The notes beneath the pieces were generated by a model. That model had not been told where the DNA came from. It was given only the letters and a program-made list of their open reading frames with translations, and did no database searches. Shown in pieces: positions 1 through 8,080 of a DNA stretch of 64,000 bases (its first letter is position 1; every line of letters starts with the position of its first letter). The position numbers were made by a program, and so were the translations under genes. Source of the stretch: an uncultured Candidatus Saccharibacteria bacterium (lineage in GTDB: Bacteria; Patescibacteriota; Minisyncoccia; Portnoybacterales; UBA2143); assembly GCA_964413015.1 (NCBI GenBank), contig CAYPQZ010000008.1, positions 111,626-175,625 on the forward strand. Reading direction: 5' to 3'.

Positions 1-202
1 TAGAAGCGATTTTACAATTGATTCCTATTCTTTGGCTGATGTTGACGACCGGGCTATTAGGAATTTAGTTCATGCTTCAGCTAGTCCTAAGGAAGCGGGA
101 AAAGAAATTAAAATCTGGTTTAAACCAAGCGAAATTATCAAATACCGGTTAATTTCAGAAGCCATATTATACGATGTTAATTTAGACGGCATTAAAGAAT
201 AA
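1..202 (+). CDS. 3' end of an unidentified protein (partial CDS entering the window)
   Basis: Open frame (phase 2) from the window edge to TAA at 200-202. No recognisable domain in the 66 aa seen. Confidence 0.35.
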   Translation, partial: RSDFTIDSYSLADVDDRAIRNLVHASASPKEAGKEIKIWFKPSEIIKYRLISEAILYDVNLDGIKE

Positions 203-402
203 TTTACTTGACAGAATTCTTTTAATTTGTAAGAATTAAACAAAAATGAATAAATTTTTATTCTCAGCTTTAATCGGTTTAGTTTACTTTACTGGCTTAG
301 AGCCCAGGCTTTTTTAAGTAATTAGCGTTAATCCATACTTAAAAAAGCTAACTCTCTGGTCAGTTTTTTATTAGGCCTTTAACAATTAATAAGGAGGAAA
401 AG

Positions 403-585
403 ATGGAAAAGGTTGTAGTAAGTTGTTATAACTGTGGAGAGAAAGTAGAAACGCTTTTTATCTACGGAGGCGAAAGCTCGGTAGTTGCATGTCGGTCTTG
501 TGGTTCGGTAAATGAAGTTTATCGTGGCAAAGACGGGCAACTAAAGACAACTTATGTACTTCAGACTCTTAAAGAAGCCTGGTAA
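403..585 (+). CDS. small zinc-ribbon protein (CxxC...CxxC)
   Basis: 60 aa with CYNCG...CRSCG. Strong SD AAGGAGG 6 nt upstream of the ATG. Confidence 0.55.
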   Translation: MEKVVVSCYNCGEKVETLFIYGGESSVVACRSCGSVNEVYRGKDGQLKTTYVLQTLKEAW

Positions 586-612
586 TTTAAATAGTTTAAA
601 AAGGGGGTACTG

Positions 613-801
613 ATGAAATGCGGAAATTGTAATAGTGATATTGATTTTAGATTGGTAGAGAAGAAGAAAATTAATATCAACGATATGAACCCGAGTTTTA
701 CTTTCTATTGTCCTCATTGTGGCGCGGAGAATCATGTCAAGTGCCGGCATAAGACGGGAAAAAAGAGAAGCGTAAAAATTTCACAACCTTCTTTTGCTTG
801 A
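613..801 (+). CDS. small zinc-ribbon protein (CxxC...CxxC)
   Basis: 62 aa with CGNCN...CPHCG. SD AAAGGGGG upstream. Tandem to the previous mini-protein. Confidence 0.5.
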   Translation: MKCGNCNSDIDFRLVEKKKININDMNPSFTFYCPHCGAENHVKCRHKTGKKRSVKISQPSFA

Positions 802-805
802 TTAA

Positions 806-855
806 TGCCTTGCTAAGCGAAACAAAAAAAACGCTTAGCAAGGCATTTTATTTTG
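806..855 (+). terminator. intrinsic terminator
   Basis: Perfect 15-bp inverted repeat ATGCCTTGCTAAGCG/CGCTTAGCAAGGCAT followed by a T-run. Confidence 0.7.
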
Positions 856-888
856 TTCGCCTTCGCATAAAGCTACGGCATAACAAGT

Positions 889-961
889 CGGGGCGACAGG
901 ATTTGAACCTGCGATCTTCGGACCCCCAGCCCGACGCCTTAAGCCGCTAGGCCACGCCCCG
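889..961 (-). tRNA. tRNA-Pro (GGG)
   Basis: Cloverleaf read on the minus strand. Acceptor CGGGGCG/CGCCCCG, anticodon loop CU-GGG-GG, T-loop GGTTCAAATCC. Confidence 0.85.
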
Positions 962-1040
962 TAGAAGAATTTCAAAAGATTTTTCGGAGAAAAATCAAAT
1001 GCGGAGCCATTTGAAATTTCTCTACGGGGCACGCCCCGTA

Positions 1041-1232
1041 TTATTTTTTGGTCTTGCTCATGGCTTTGATGCATTTGGCGCAAGCCTTAACTCTTTTGCC
1101 ATTAGAAAGACGAACCCATTGTAAATTGGGGTATTTCATTTTTTTGCTGGTTGGGTTATAATTACCACGGAGCTTCTTTCGGGTAACCGTTACCATCGAT
1201 TTTTTCCCGCAAATAGCGCATACTCTGCTCAT
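1041..1232 (-). CDS. rpmB: 50S ribosomal protein L28
   Basis: 63 aa starting MSRVCAICGK...; typical L28 N-terminus and size. Confidence 0.85.
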   Translation of the reverse strand: MSRVCAICGKKSMVTVTRKKLRGNYNPTSKKMKYPNLQWVRLSNGKRVKACAKCIKAMSKTKK

Positions 1233-1350
1233 AATAGTTTATACTTTATCATATTGTTTTCTATTTTTCAAGCAGTCTTAAGAGGACAGCCCTTGAAATT
1301 ATGCTCTTTGAGCATAAGGACGTCATTTCAAGGACTGTCCTTTGACGATT

Positions 1351-1971
1351 ATGGAGACTTTTATTATTTTAATTTTCCAATTGGCTGTTTTATTGATGTC
1401 GGTAGTCATTCATGAATTTTCTCATGGATGGACGGCTTATCAATTAGGCGACTCGACAGCTAAATATCAAGGGCGACTGACTCTTAACCCGATTAAACAT
1501 CTGGATTTTTTTGGCTCTTTGATTGTCCCTTTGGCAATCTTTATTTTTTCCGGTGGGCAGGCAATTTTCGGTTGGGCCAAACCGGTTCCTTTTAATCCGT
1601 ATAATCTGCGTGACCAAAAATACGGAATAGCTAAAGTGGCGGCGGCTGGGCCCGGGGCAAACATTCTTATAGCTTTAATTTTTGGTTTGACCCTACGTTT
1701 TTTACCGTCGCAGCTCTTGCTTTTCAGCGGACTAGTTCAGATTCTTAGCTTAATTGTTTTTCTGAATTTACTTTTGGCCGTTTTTAACCTAATCCCTTTG
1801 CCGCCCTTAGACGGTTCTAAGATACTTTTTGCATTCTTGCCCCGCTCTTTGGAAAGATTAAGATTGTTTCTGGAGCAATACGGGACTTTTATCTTAATTT
1901 TTTTCATTTTTTTCGCTTTTCAATGGATTTTGCCTCTGGTTTTTCTGATTTACCAGATTATTGTTGGTTGA
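1351..1971 (+). CDS. site-2 protease family (peptidase M50) membrane metalloprotease
   Basis: HEFSHG zinc motif in a TM helix and several TM segments. ATG at 1351; the ORF-track TTG at 1342 is an alternative start. Confidence 0.7.
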   Translation: METFIILIFQLAVLLMSVVIHEFSHGWTAYQLGDSTAKYQGRLTLNPIKHLDFFGSLIVPLAIFIFSGGQAIFGWAKPVPFNPYNLRDQKYGIAKVAAAGPGANILIALIFGLTLRFLPSQLLLFSGLVQILSLIVFLNLLLAVFNLIPLPPLDGSKILFAFLPRSLERLRLFLEQYGTFILIFFIFFAFQWILPLVFLIYQIIVG

Positions 1972-1974
1972 CGC

Positions 1975-2012
1975 AAAAATCCTTCCTTTAAAAGGAAGGA
2001 TTTTTGCTCTCA
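1975..2012 (+). terminator. intrinsic terminator
   Basis: AAAAATCCTTCCTTT/AAAGGAAGGATTTTT hairpin plus T-run. Confidence 0.6.
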
Positions 2013-2034
2013 GGCAGGGAATAATTGCCTTGCC

Positions 2035-3102
2035 TTATTTTCTTTCTTCTAATTTAACCGTAGTGGTTCCTATTTTGTCCTGTCTTAAAATTTTTATCTT
2101 GATTATATCTCCCGGTTTGCATTTATGAATTAGTTCCTGAAGAGGATTTTTATCAGTAACTTTGATTCCGTTAAATTCCAGAATAATGTCGTTTTCCATC
2201 AGGCCCGCTTTAGCGGCCGGGCTGTTAGGAACGACTGCTGAATCGCCTGCTTCTGGCTCGCGGATAATCAAAGCGCCGTGGTCAACCGGCAGACGGATAT
2301 TGAATCTTTGGGAGAATTCTTCCTGGGTAGCTTTGTTAATAATCAAATAACGGACTCCTAGAAATGGCTGGATAATCCGTCCGTGTTTTTTTAAATCCTC
2401 AATGTCCTTTTTAGCATTGTGGACGGGAATGGTAAAGCCGATGTTTTGGGCGCCCATAACGATGGCGACGTTGATTCCGATGACCTTGCCGTCCATATTG
2501 ACCAGCGGCCCTCCAGAATTTCCCGGATTAATAGCGGCGTCGGTCTGAATTAATCCTCTGAGTTCGGCTCTCTGGCCGGAAACTCCGTCGTGGGCAGTGA
2601 TAAAGCGGCTTAATCCTGAAACAACTCCGGTGGAAACAGTATTCGGGAAAACGCCCAAAGGATTACCGATAGCAATAACGCCTTCTCCCAGATCAACCTT
2701 ATCAGAATTCCCTAATTCCAAAAAAGGAAATTTTTTATTCTTAGCATCTTTCACTTTTATAATAGCAACGTCATTGACCGGATCGCGGGCTAAAATTTCC
2801 GCTTGGTATTCTTTTTCATCGGCGGTAACAATAGTGTAATCCACTTCAGGAGAAACGATTACGTGGCGGTTAGTCAAAATTACCCCTTCTGGAGAAACAA
2901 AAAAACCACTGCCACCGCCAATCTTAACTTTTTGTTTCCCTTCATGCCGGTACTGAGTTATCGGCGGGCCGTAAGGGCCGAGGAATTCATCAAATGGCTG
3001 AATGTGATATTTCCTTATCTTAGGCAAGTCTTTGCTGATGATAATGCTTACTACAGCCGGACTTACTTTTTTGACGATTTGGACAACGGGTGATTTTTGC
3101 AT
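2035..3102 (-). CDS. htrA: HtrA/DegP-family serine protease with PDZ domain
   Basis: GNSGGPLVN catalytic-Ser motif, trypsin-like core, C-terminal PDZ-like region. Confidence 0.85.
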   Translation of the reverse strand: MQKSPVVQIVKKVSPAVVSIIISKDLPKIRKYHIQPFDEFLGPYGPPITQYRHEGKQKVKIGGGSGFFVSPEGVILTNRHVIVSPEVDYTIVTADEKEYQAEILARDPVNDVAIIKVKDAKNKKFPFLELGNSDKVDLGEGVIAIGNPLGVFPNTVSTGVVSGLSRFITAHDGVSGQRAELRGLIQTDAAINPGNSGGPLVNMDGKVIGINVAIVMGAQNIGFTIPVHNAKKDIEDLKKHGRIIQPFLGVRYLIINKATQEEFSQRFNIRLPVDHGALIIREPEAGDSAVVPNSPAAKAGLMENDIILEFNGIKVTDKNPLQELIHKCKPGDIIKIKILRQDKIGTTTVKLEERK

Positions 3103-3190
3103 AATCCTATTTTTAATTTATCGATATTCCTAGTATATTCCATTGACTTGGTTTAGTCAATATTATAATATTAGAGAGTGTGGAAAACTT

Positions 3191-3262
3191 GCCCTCGTAG
3201 TTCAACGGATAGAACAGGGGCGTCCTAAGCCCTTGATGTGGGTTCGACTCCTACCGAGGGTA
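3191..3262 (+). tRNA. tRNA-Arg (CCT)
   Basis: Acceptor GCCCTCG/CGAGGGT (G1-U72), anticodon loop GU-CCT-AA, T-loop GGTTCGACTCC. Confidence 0.75.
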
Positions 3263-3364
3263 CATAATATTTATCCAAGAGCGAAGCGATTGGTAAATAA
3301 ATACTATATCCGTCTCAGGTGAACGCTGAATTTATTGGCAAAATCAAGATTTTGAATAAATTCG

Positions 3365-3438
3365 CGGGCCCATAGCGCAGTTGGTTAGCGCGTCTGTATG
3401 GCATACAGGAGGTCGAGGGTTCGAATCCCTCTGGGTCC
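3365..3438 (+). tRNA. tRNA-Ala (GGC)
   Basis: Acceptor GGGCCCA with G3:U70, anticodon loop AU-GGC-AU, T-loop GGTTCGAATCC. Confidence 0.8.
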
Positions 3439-3569
3439 ACATAATATTTATCCAAAATTTATTTTGGTTATAGATATTATGCCCGCCTCAAGAGGGCTGG
3501 AAGTAGATCTTGCCCGCCTCAGGCGAACGCTGAATTTATTAGCAAAATTAAAATTTTGAATAATTTTGC

Positions 3570-3644
3570 GCCGAGGTAGCTCAGGGGTAGAGCATTCGAC
3601 TGAAAATCGAAGTGTCGGCGGTTCGATTCCGCCCCTCGGCACCA
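3570..3644 (+). tRNA. tRNA-Phe (GAA)
   Basis: Acceptor GCCGAGG/CCTCGGC, anticodon loop CU-GAA-AA, encoded CCA. Confidence 0.85.
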
Positions 3645-3647
3645 AAA

Positions 3648-3719
3648 GCGGGAGTAGCTTAGTGGTAGAGCGTCTCGTTGCCAACGAGAAGATCGCGGGT
3701 TCGAACCCCGTCTCCCGCT
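3648..3719 (+). tRNA. tRNA-Gly (GCC)
   Basis: Acceptor GCGGGAG/CTCCCGC, anticodon loop UU-GCC-AA, T-loop GGTTCGAACCC. Confidence 0.85.
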
Positions 3720-3792
3720 CAAATTGTTATAAGTTAAATAGTCAGAAAACGGCTTATCCAAGCCATTTTTTAGTAAAAAAAGAGTAAAAATA

Positions 3793-3822
3793 CTTGACAA
3801 ATATGTCAAGCTATGATAGTAT
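3793..3822 (+). promoter_or_regulatory. sigma70-like promoter with overlapping palindrome
   Basis: TTGACA (3794-3799), 17 bp, TAGTAT (3817-3822). CTTGACAAATATGTCAAG is a perfect inverted repeat across the -35 (possible operator). Confidence 0.5.
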
Positions 3823-3917
3823 ATAGGGAATCCCTGAAAGGGGATTTTTAATTTGTTTGTTTTCTTGCCTTTGAATAGATAATTTTTTATCTGTTCAAAG
3901 AAGGAGCAAACAGGTTT

Positions 3918-4400
3918 ATGTATACTATCAGCAGCAAGTTTTCCGTTTCACTAGTCTTAGTTAGCTTATTTTCTAACATTGTTTTCCCTAAATATGGATT
4001 AACTGATAGCGATTTAGAAGAAATTGATTTAATGTCGGAAGATTCTTTGGCCACTGTCCAAGGACAGGCCTTGATTCAACCGGGTTTTCCGTATGTTCCT
4101 GAAGTGGTTGCCCAAAATTGGGTAACGATTACCGCTTATTCCAGTACGCCTGACCAGACCGACTCAACCCCTTTTATTACCGCTTCCGGGAAAACCGTTT
4201 GTGACGGAATCGTCGCTTGTAACTTTTTAAGCTTCGGGACCAAGGTTCGTTTCCCTGAATTGTACGGAGATAAAATTTTCGTGGTTGAAGACCGAATGGC
4301 TCTTCATAACAGTCATAAAATAGATATCTGGTTTTCGACTCGCTGGGAAGCAAAACAATTTGGAGTCAAGATAACTAAGGTTGAAGTATTAGGAACATAA
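3918..4400 (+). CDS. 3D-domain (MltA/YuiC-like) cell-wall binding/lytic protein
   Basis: Signal peptide and conserved D...D...D-containing 3D-domain-like core (ITAYSS...CDGIVAC...DRMALHNSHKIDIWF). Confidence 0.6.
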   Translation: MYTISSKFSVSLVLVSLFSNIVFPKYGLTDSDLEEIDLMSEDSLATVQGQALIQPGFPYVPEVVAQNWVTITAYSSTPDQTDSTPFITASGKTVCDGIVACNFLSFGTKVRFPELYGDKIFVVEDRMALHNSHKIDIWFSTRWEAKQFGVKITKVEVLGT

Positions 4401-4430
4401 AAACCCCCGATTTGAATCGGGGGTTTTTAT
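4401..4430 (+). terminator. intrinsic terminator
   Basis: AAACCCCCGATTTGAATCGGGGGTTTTT hairpin plus T-run. Confidence 0.75.
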
Positions 4431-4544
4431 GTTGGCGCACTGTATCAAAGATAGCTCAAACGCACATAAAAATTCGTAAAACAAAACATATAAAAAAAAT
4501 TGAGCCCCGAGTGGTTTTGCCACAAGGGGCTCAGTTAACAGCGG

Positions 4545-5051
4545 TCATCGCCTTAGCTCGCTACTCACTATGCGCTTGTACGCGAAGTAGGGTATGAGCT
4601 TGAAAATAAGTTCTCGTTTGTTCCATTGCTTGCGAGATCGAACTCGCTCCTGCTTGGAATCGGAGCAAAACCAGGAATCTTCCGGGTATTGCTCGATTTC
4701 CTCGCAAACGCGAACTTCAATTCTCGCTCCGACTTCGCGTACGGCCTGTTGGACATCACGAAGAGCGCGCCAAAGATGCGGCTTGGCAGCTACGACCCAC
4801 AACTCGGTGATTCTGTGACGCTTCGCCCACTGGACGGCTTCTCGGGCAATGCGCAGAGTTGACGGCGGGTTGCCCGGCTTTTCCTCAATATACTCCACTT
4901 GGATCCTCGGCTTGACCCGAATGTCAAGCTGGGTATACACCAGAGCATCGAGCTCACACGCCTTCTCCGAAGCGATTTCGGCGATACGCTGGTTGGACCG
5001 GATTGTCTCCGGTACTCCGAAAGCGAATGCAACAATACCTGTAGTTTTCAA
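4545..5051 (-). CDS. hypothetical protein, compositionally atypical (GC-rich); weak resemblance to DUF218/YdcF-like fold
   Basis: 168 aa, TTG start with AGGAGGT SD. Local GC is clearly above the roughly 35% background. VVAAKPHLWRAL resembles the DUF218 'LVTSxxHMxRA' motif (weak). Confidence 0.35.
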   Translation of the reverse strand: MKTTGIVAFAFGVPETIRSNQRIAEIASEKACELDALVYTQLDIRVKPRIQVEYIEEKPGNPPSTLRIAREAVQWAKRHRITELWVVAAKPHLWRALRDVQQAVREVGARIEVRVCEEIEQYPEDSWFCSDSKQERVRSRKQWNKRELIFKLIPYFAYKRIVSSELRR

Positions 5052-5257
5052 TTTTTACCTCCTGTATATAAAGTTGGAAAAGTACCGATTTTTGACTATC
5101 TAAAGTATAGCATATTTTTACCTTGTTGTAAAGGGTAACAAAAAATCAGCATTTCTGCTGTTCCTTAAACTTTTTGGTCGCCGAGTCCCGCACTAAAACA
5201 AGTTCAGTACGAGGCAAACTCCGCGAGGCGACCTCCAAATCGTTGACTTTTTCTCGG

Positions 5258-5343
5258 TGGTGCCGCGGGTGGGACTCGAACCCACATGGATAAAATCCAC
5301 ACGATTTTAAGTCGTGCGCGTAAACCAATTCCGCCACCGCGGC
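5258..5343 (-). tRNA. tRNA-Leu (TAA)
   Basis: Acceptor GCCGCGG, anticodon loop CU-TAA-AA, long variable arm, CCA encoded. Confidence 0.85.
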
Positions 5344-5350
5344 ATTCAAG

Positions 5351-5421
5351 AGGCCACGACCGGAGTCGAACCGGTTTAGACGGTTTTGCAGACCGTTGCC
5401 TTACCGTTTGGCTACGTGGCC
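5351..5421 (-). tRNA. tRNA-Cys (GCA)
   Basis: Acceptor GGCCACG/CGTGGCC, anticodon loop CU-GCA-AA, T-loop GGTTCGACTCC. Confidence 0.85.
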
Positions 5422-5453
5422 TTGTTCTGATTTTAACATTTTTTTGACAGAAT

Positions 5454-5789
5454 TCAATGTTTTTTAATTTGTCCTAAAATTTCTTCGATTCTTTGAGCTT
5501 TGATTTCTGTTTGGTCAATCTCAAATTGAATTTTAGGGACTATTTTCAAATATAATTTTTTATTCAGCTCCTGTTGAAGATGATAAATTTTTTTATGGAT
5601 TATTTCCAAAGCCAATTCTCCTTTGTCATTGGGAATAACGTTGATTTTAACCTTAGCATGAGACAAATCGGCCGAGGTCTCAACCTGATTAACAGTTACT
5701 AAAATATCTTCAAATCTAATTTCCCGTAGGATTAATTTGCTGATTTCCTGCCTAAGAAGCTCATTGATTCTTTCAATGCGTTGAGACAT
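5454..5789 (-). CDS. rbfA: ribosome-binding factor A
   Basis: 111 aa, RbfA-like KH fold sequence, directly downstream of infB as in the infB-rbfA operon. Confidence 0.8.
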   Translation of the reverse strand: MSQRIERINELLRQEISKLILREIRFEDILVTVNQVETSADLSHAKVKINVIPNDKGELALEIIHKKIYHLQQELNKKLYLKIVPKIQFEIDQTEIKAQRIEEILGQIKKH

Positions 5790-5791
5790 TA

Positions 5792-7330
5792 CTATATCTC
5801 CCTTTTTTCTCTTTTTTCTTCGTAAATTTCCAGCACATCACCCTTTTCAATCTTTTCGATGCCTTTAAATAAAATACCGCATTCTTGACCCTTGTTAACT
5901 TCTTCAATTTCCTTTTTATCCCTTTGAAGCTGAACTAACTTACCCTGCCCTATTTTTTTATCTGCCCCGCCTGCATCGCCTGGCGAAGCACTGCGGGTAG
6001 GCCGAATAATATCAATTAAGGTTCCTTGCTTAATTTGTCCTTTAATTACTTTCCCGCCTACAATTTGCCTGTCCTTTTCAGTTCGGAACAAAGCCATAAC
6101 CTTAAGCTGCCCGAGGATGTTTTTTGAAATTTCCGGCGTCAGTAATTTAGAAAGCAACTCTCTGACTCCTTGGATAAGTTCATAAATTATATCAAAAAGC
6201 AGCATTTTTACTTTTTTATGCTGGGCTAATTGACGGATAGTTAAACTGGCTTTTACGCGAAAGCCAATTATTTTTGCCTTGGAAGATTCAGCCAGTTTGA
6301 TATCTGATTCGTTAATGTCTCCGACTTCAGCTTTCAAAATCCTTAAAATGACTTCGTCCACAGGAATGCTTTTAAGCGAAGCTCTAATTGCTTCCAAGGA
6401 ACCTCGGACGTCGGATTTGAGGATAATATTAAGAATTTTTTTATCCGGTTCAAAAACGAAAACTTCTTTTTCTTCTTTTCTCTTAGCGGCTTTCCGCTCG
6501 GCTTTAACTCGGGCTAATTCCAAGCTTTCAAAAGTGTAGAATTTTTCTCCTACTTGAGGAACCTGATTAAAGCCGGTAACGATAGCCGGAGTTGAAGCAA
6601 GGGCCTTTTCAATCGGAGAAAACCGGAAATCTTCCATAGTTTTGATTTTTCCAATAGCCGAACCGGTGCCAATAATATCCTGATTGCTTAAAATTCCTTG
6701 CTTTACCAAAAGAGTTGCCGTGGCGCCTCTTTTGTTATTCTGGTGAGACTCAATAACCAACCCTGAAGCTGGCTGGGATAAATCGCCTTTCAATTCTTCC
6801 ATTTCGGCTACCAGAAGGATTATCTCTAAAAGCTCGTCAATCCCTTGCTTAGTTTTGGCCGATACGTTAATTGAAGGAATCTGGCCTCCCAATGATTCCA
6901 CGCTGAGATTGTTTTTAGACAATTCTTCTTTGACCCGTTCCGGCTGGGCTTCTTTCTTATCAATCTTATTTAAAGCGACAATTGCCGGCAAGCCGCTTTT
7001 TTTAATATGTTCAATAGCTTCTTTGGTTTGCGGTTTGACTCCTTCTTCGGCGGCCACTACCAGAACGGCGATATCGGCCACTTTGGCTCCCCGCGAACGC
7101 ATAGCCGAAAAGGCTTCATGCCCGGGAGTGTCAATGAAGGTGATTTTTTTGCCCTGATGTTCTACCTGATAGGCGCCGATATGTTGGGTAATCCCGCCTG
7201 ATTCCCGGGCGGTAATTTTCAAATCTTTAATCGCTTCCAGAATTGAAGACTTGCCGTGGTCGACGTGGCCTAAAATAACCACCACCGGTGGTCGTACCTG
7301 AATATTCTTTTGTTCCTTCTCTTCTGTCAT
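5792..7330 (-). CDS. infB: translation initiation factor IF-2 (short form)
   Basis: GHVDHGKSS, DTPGHEAF, NKIDK G-domain motifs. 512 aa without the N-terminal extension. Confidence 0.9.
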   Translation of the reverse strand: MTEEKEQKNIQVRPPVVVILGHVDHGKSSILEAIKDLKITARESGGITQHIGAYQVEHQGKKITFIDTPGHEAFSAMRSRGAKVADIAVLVVAAEEGVKPQTKEAIEHIKKSGLPAIVALNKIDKKEAQPERVKEELSKNNLSVESLGGQIPSINVSAKTKQGIDELLEIILLVAEMEELKGDLSQPASGLVIESHQNNKRGATATLLVKQGILSNQDIIGTGSAIGKIKTMEDFRFSPIEKALASTPAIVTGFNQVPQVGEKFYTFESLELARVKAERKAAKRKEEKEVFVFEPDKKILNIILKSDVRGSLEAIRASLKSIPVDEVILRILKAEVGDINESDIKLAESSKAKIIGFRVKASLTIRQLAQHKKVKMLLFDIIYELIQGVRELLSKLLTPEISKNILGQLKVMALFRTEKDRQIVGGKVIKGQIKQGTLIDIIRPTRSASPGDAGGADKKIGQGKLVQLQRDKKEIEEVNKGQECGILFKGIEKIEKGDVLEIYEEKREKREI

Positions 7331-7419
7331 GTATCGCTTAAATTAACATTTTTAACAGCTTTGGTCAAATTGAACTCCATAAAACCAATCGGTTTTTTTA
7401 ACCTTCAATTTTCTTGTAT

Positions 7420-7917
7420 TTATTTTCTGGTTTTTGCGCCGGCCTTTTTTAAGGCCTCTAATTCTTCTTTGGACAGGGGATATTTTGACTGACCGGATTC
7501 AATCGGCTTGCCGTAAATTCGGGTTCCTTCACGGGAGTATAAACTGGAAATAACCAGACCGTTCTTATGGGCATCCAGTAAAGCAATGGCAAAACTCTGA
7601 TTGCCGCCGGTGTCTTTAAAGGGATTGAATCGAACCAAGCCGATTTTTTGAATGCTCTGCCCGGCCATTTTTTTGAGGTTTTTTAATAATTTATCAAGCT
7701 CTTTAATATTTTGCTCTGCTTTCTTAAGATGCTTGATTTCTTCAAAAAGCACCTCTTCCAAATCAGTGGCCTTTTTACCGTTAAAGAAAGTTTTTAATCT
7801 CCTTTTTATGTTCCATAACCGCAGAGAGATAAAAATATTCCAGATCAAAAAGAGGAGGAGAATAAGCAGAAAGAGGTAAGTGATTTGATTGTTAATTAGA
7901 AAATTAGTGATATTCAT
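7420..7917 (-). CDS. DUF4446-family protein
   Basis: N-terminal TM and coiled coil, C-terminal GLVRFNPF...GNQSFAIALLD core. Start moved to ATG 7915-7917 because the longer ORF runs into a tRNA gene. Confidence 0.55.
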   Translation of the reverse strand: MNITNFLINNQITYLFLLILLLFLIWNIFISLRLWNIKRRLKTFFNGKKATDLEEVLFEEIKHLKKAEQNIKELDKLLKNLKKMAGQSIQKIGLVRFNPFKDTGGNQSFAIALLDAHKNGLVISSLYSREGTRIYGKPIESGQSKYPLSKEELEALKKAGAKTRK

Positions 7918-7940
7918 AGAAGATATGACCGCTTTCGCGC

Positions 7941-7986
7941 AGCTACTGGCGGACTTCGTCACGCCGTAGCCACGCTTCAGCGTGGC
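7941..7986 (-). repeat. tRNA-Ser-associated double-hairpin repeat (1 copy)
   Basis: AGCTACTGGCGGACTTCGTCACGCCGTAGCCACGCTTCAGCGTGGC. The same roughly 45-bp unit recurs at 49801-49886 and 50239-50328. Confidence 0.8.
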
Positions 7987-7991
7987 AAAGG

Positions 7992-8078
7992 CGGAGAGGG
8001 TGGGATTCGAACCCACGGTCATCCAAAGACGACAACGGTTTTCGAGACCGTCCCTTTCGTCCGCTCAGGCACCTCTCC
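7992..8078 (-). tRNA. tRNA-Ser (CGA)
   Basis: Acceptor GGAGAGG/CCTCTCC, anticodon loop CU-CGA-AA, long variable arm, T-loop GGTTCGAATCC. Confidence 0.85.
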
Positions 8079-8080
8079 CT

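Noticed and set aside
3448-3809. Three overlapping 73-96 aa ORFs from the six-frame track across the tRNA-Ala/Phe/Gly region
   Set aside because: They lie over well-formed tRNA genes and their repeated spacers. Their composition reflects tRNA sequence, not coding.
4568-5138. Cluster of six overlapping 63-84 aa ORFs on both strands
   Set aside because: All are embedded in or antisense to the GC-rich 4545-5051 gene. High GC inflates random ORF length.
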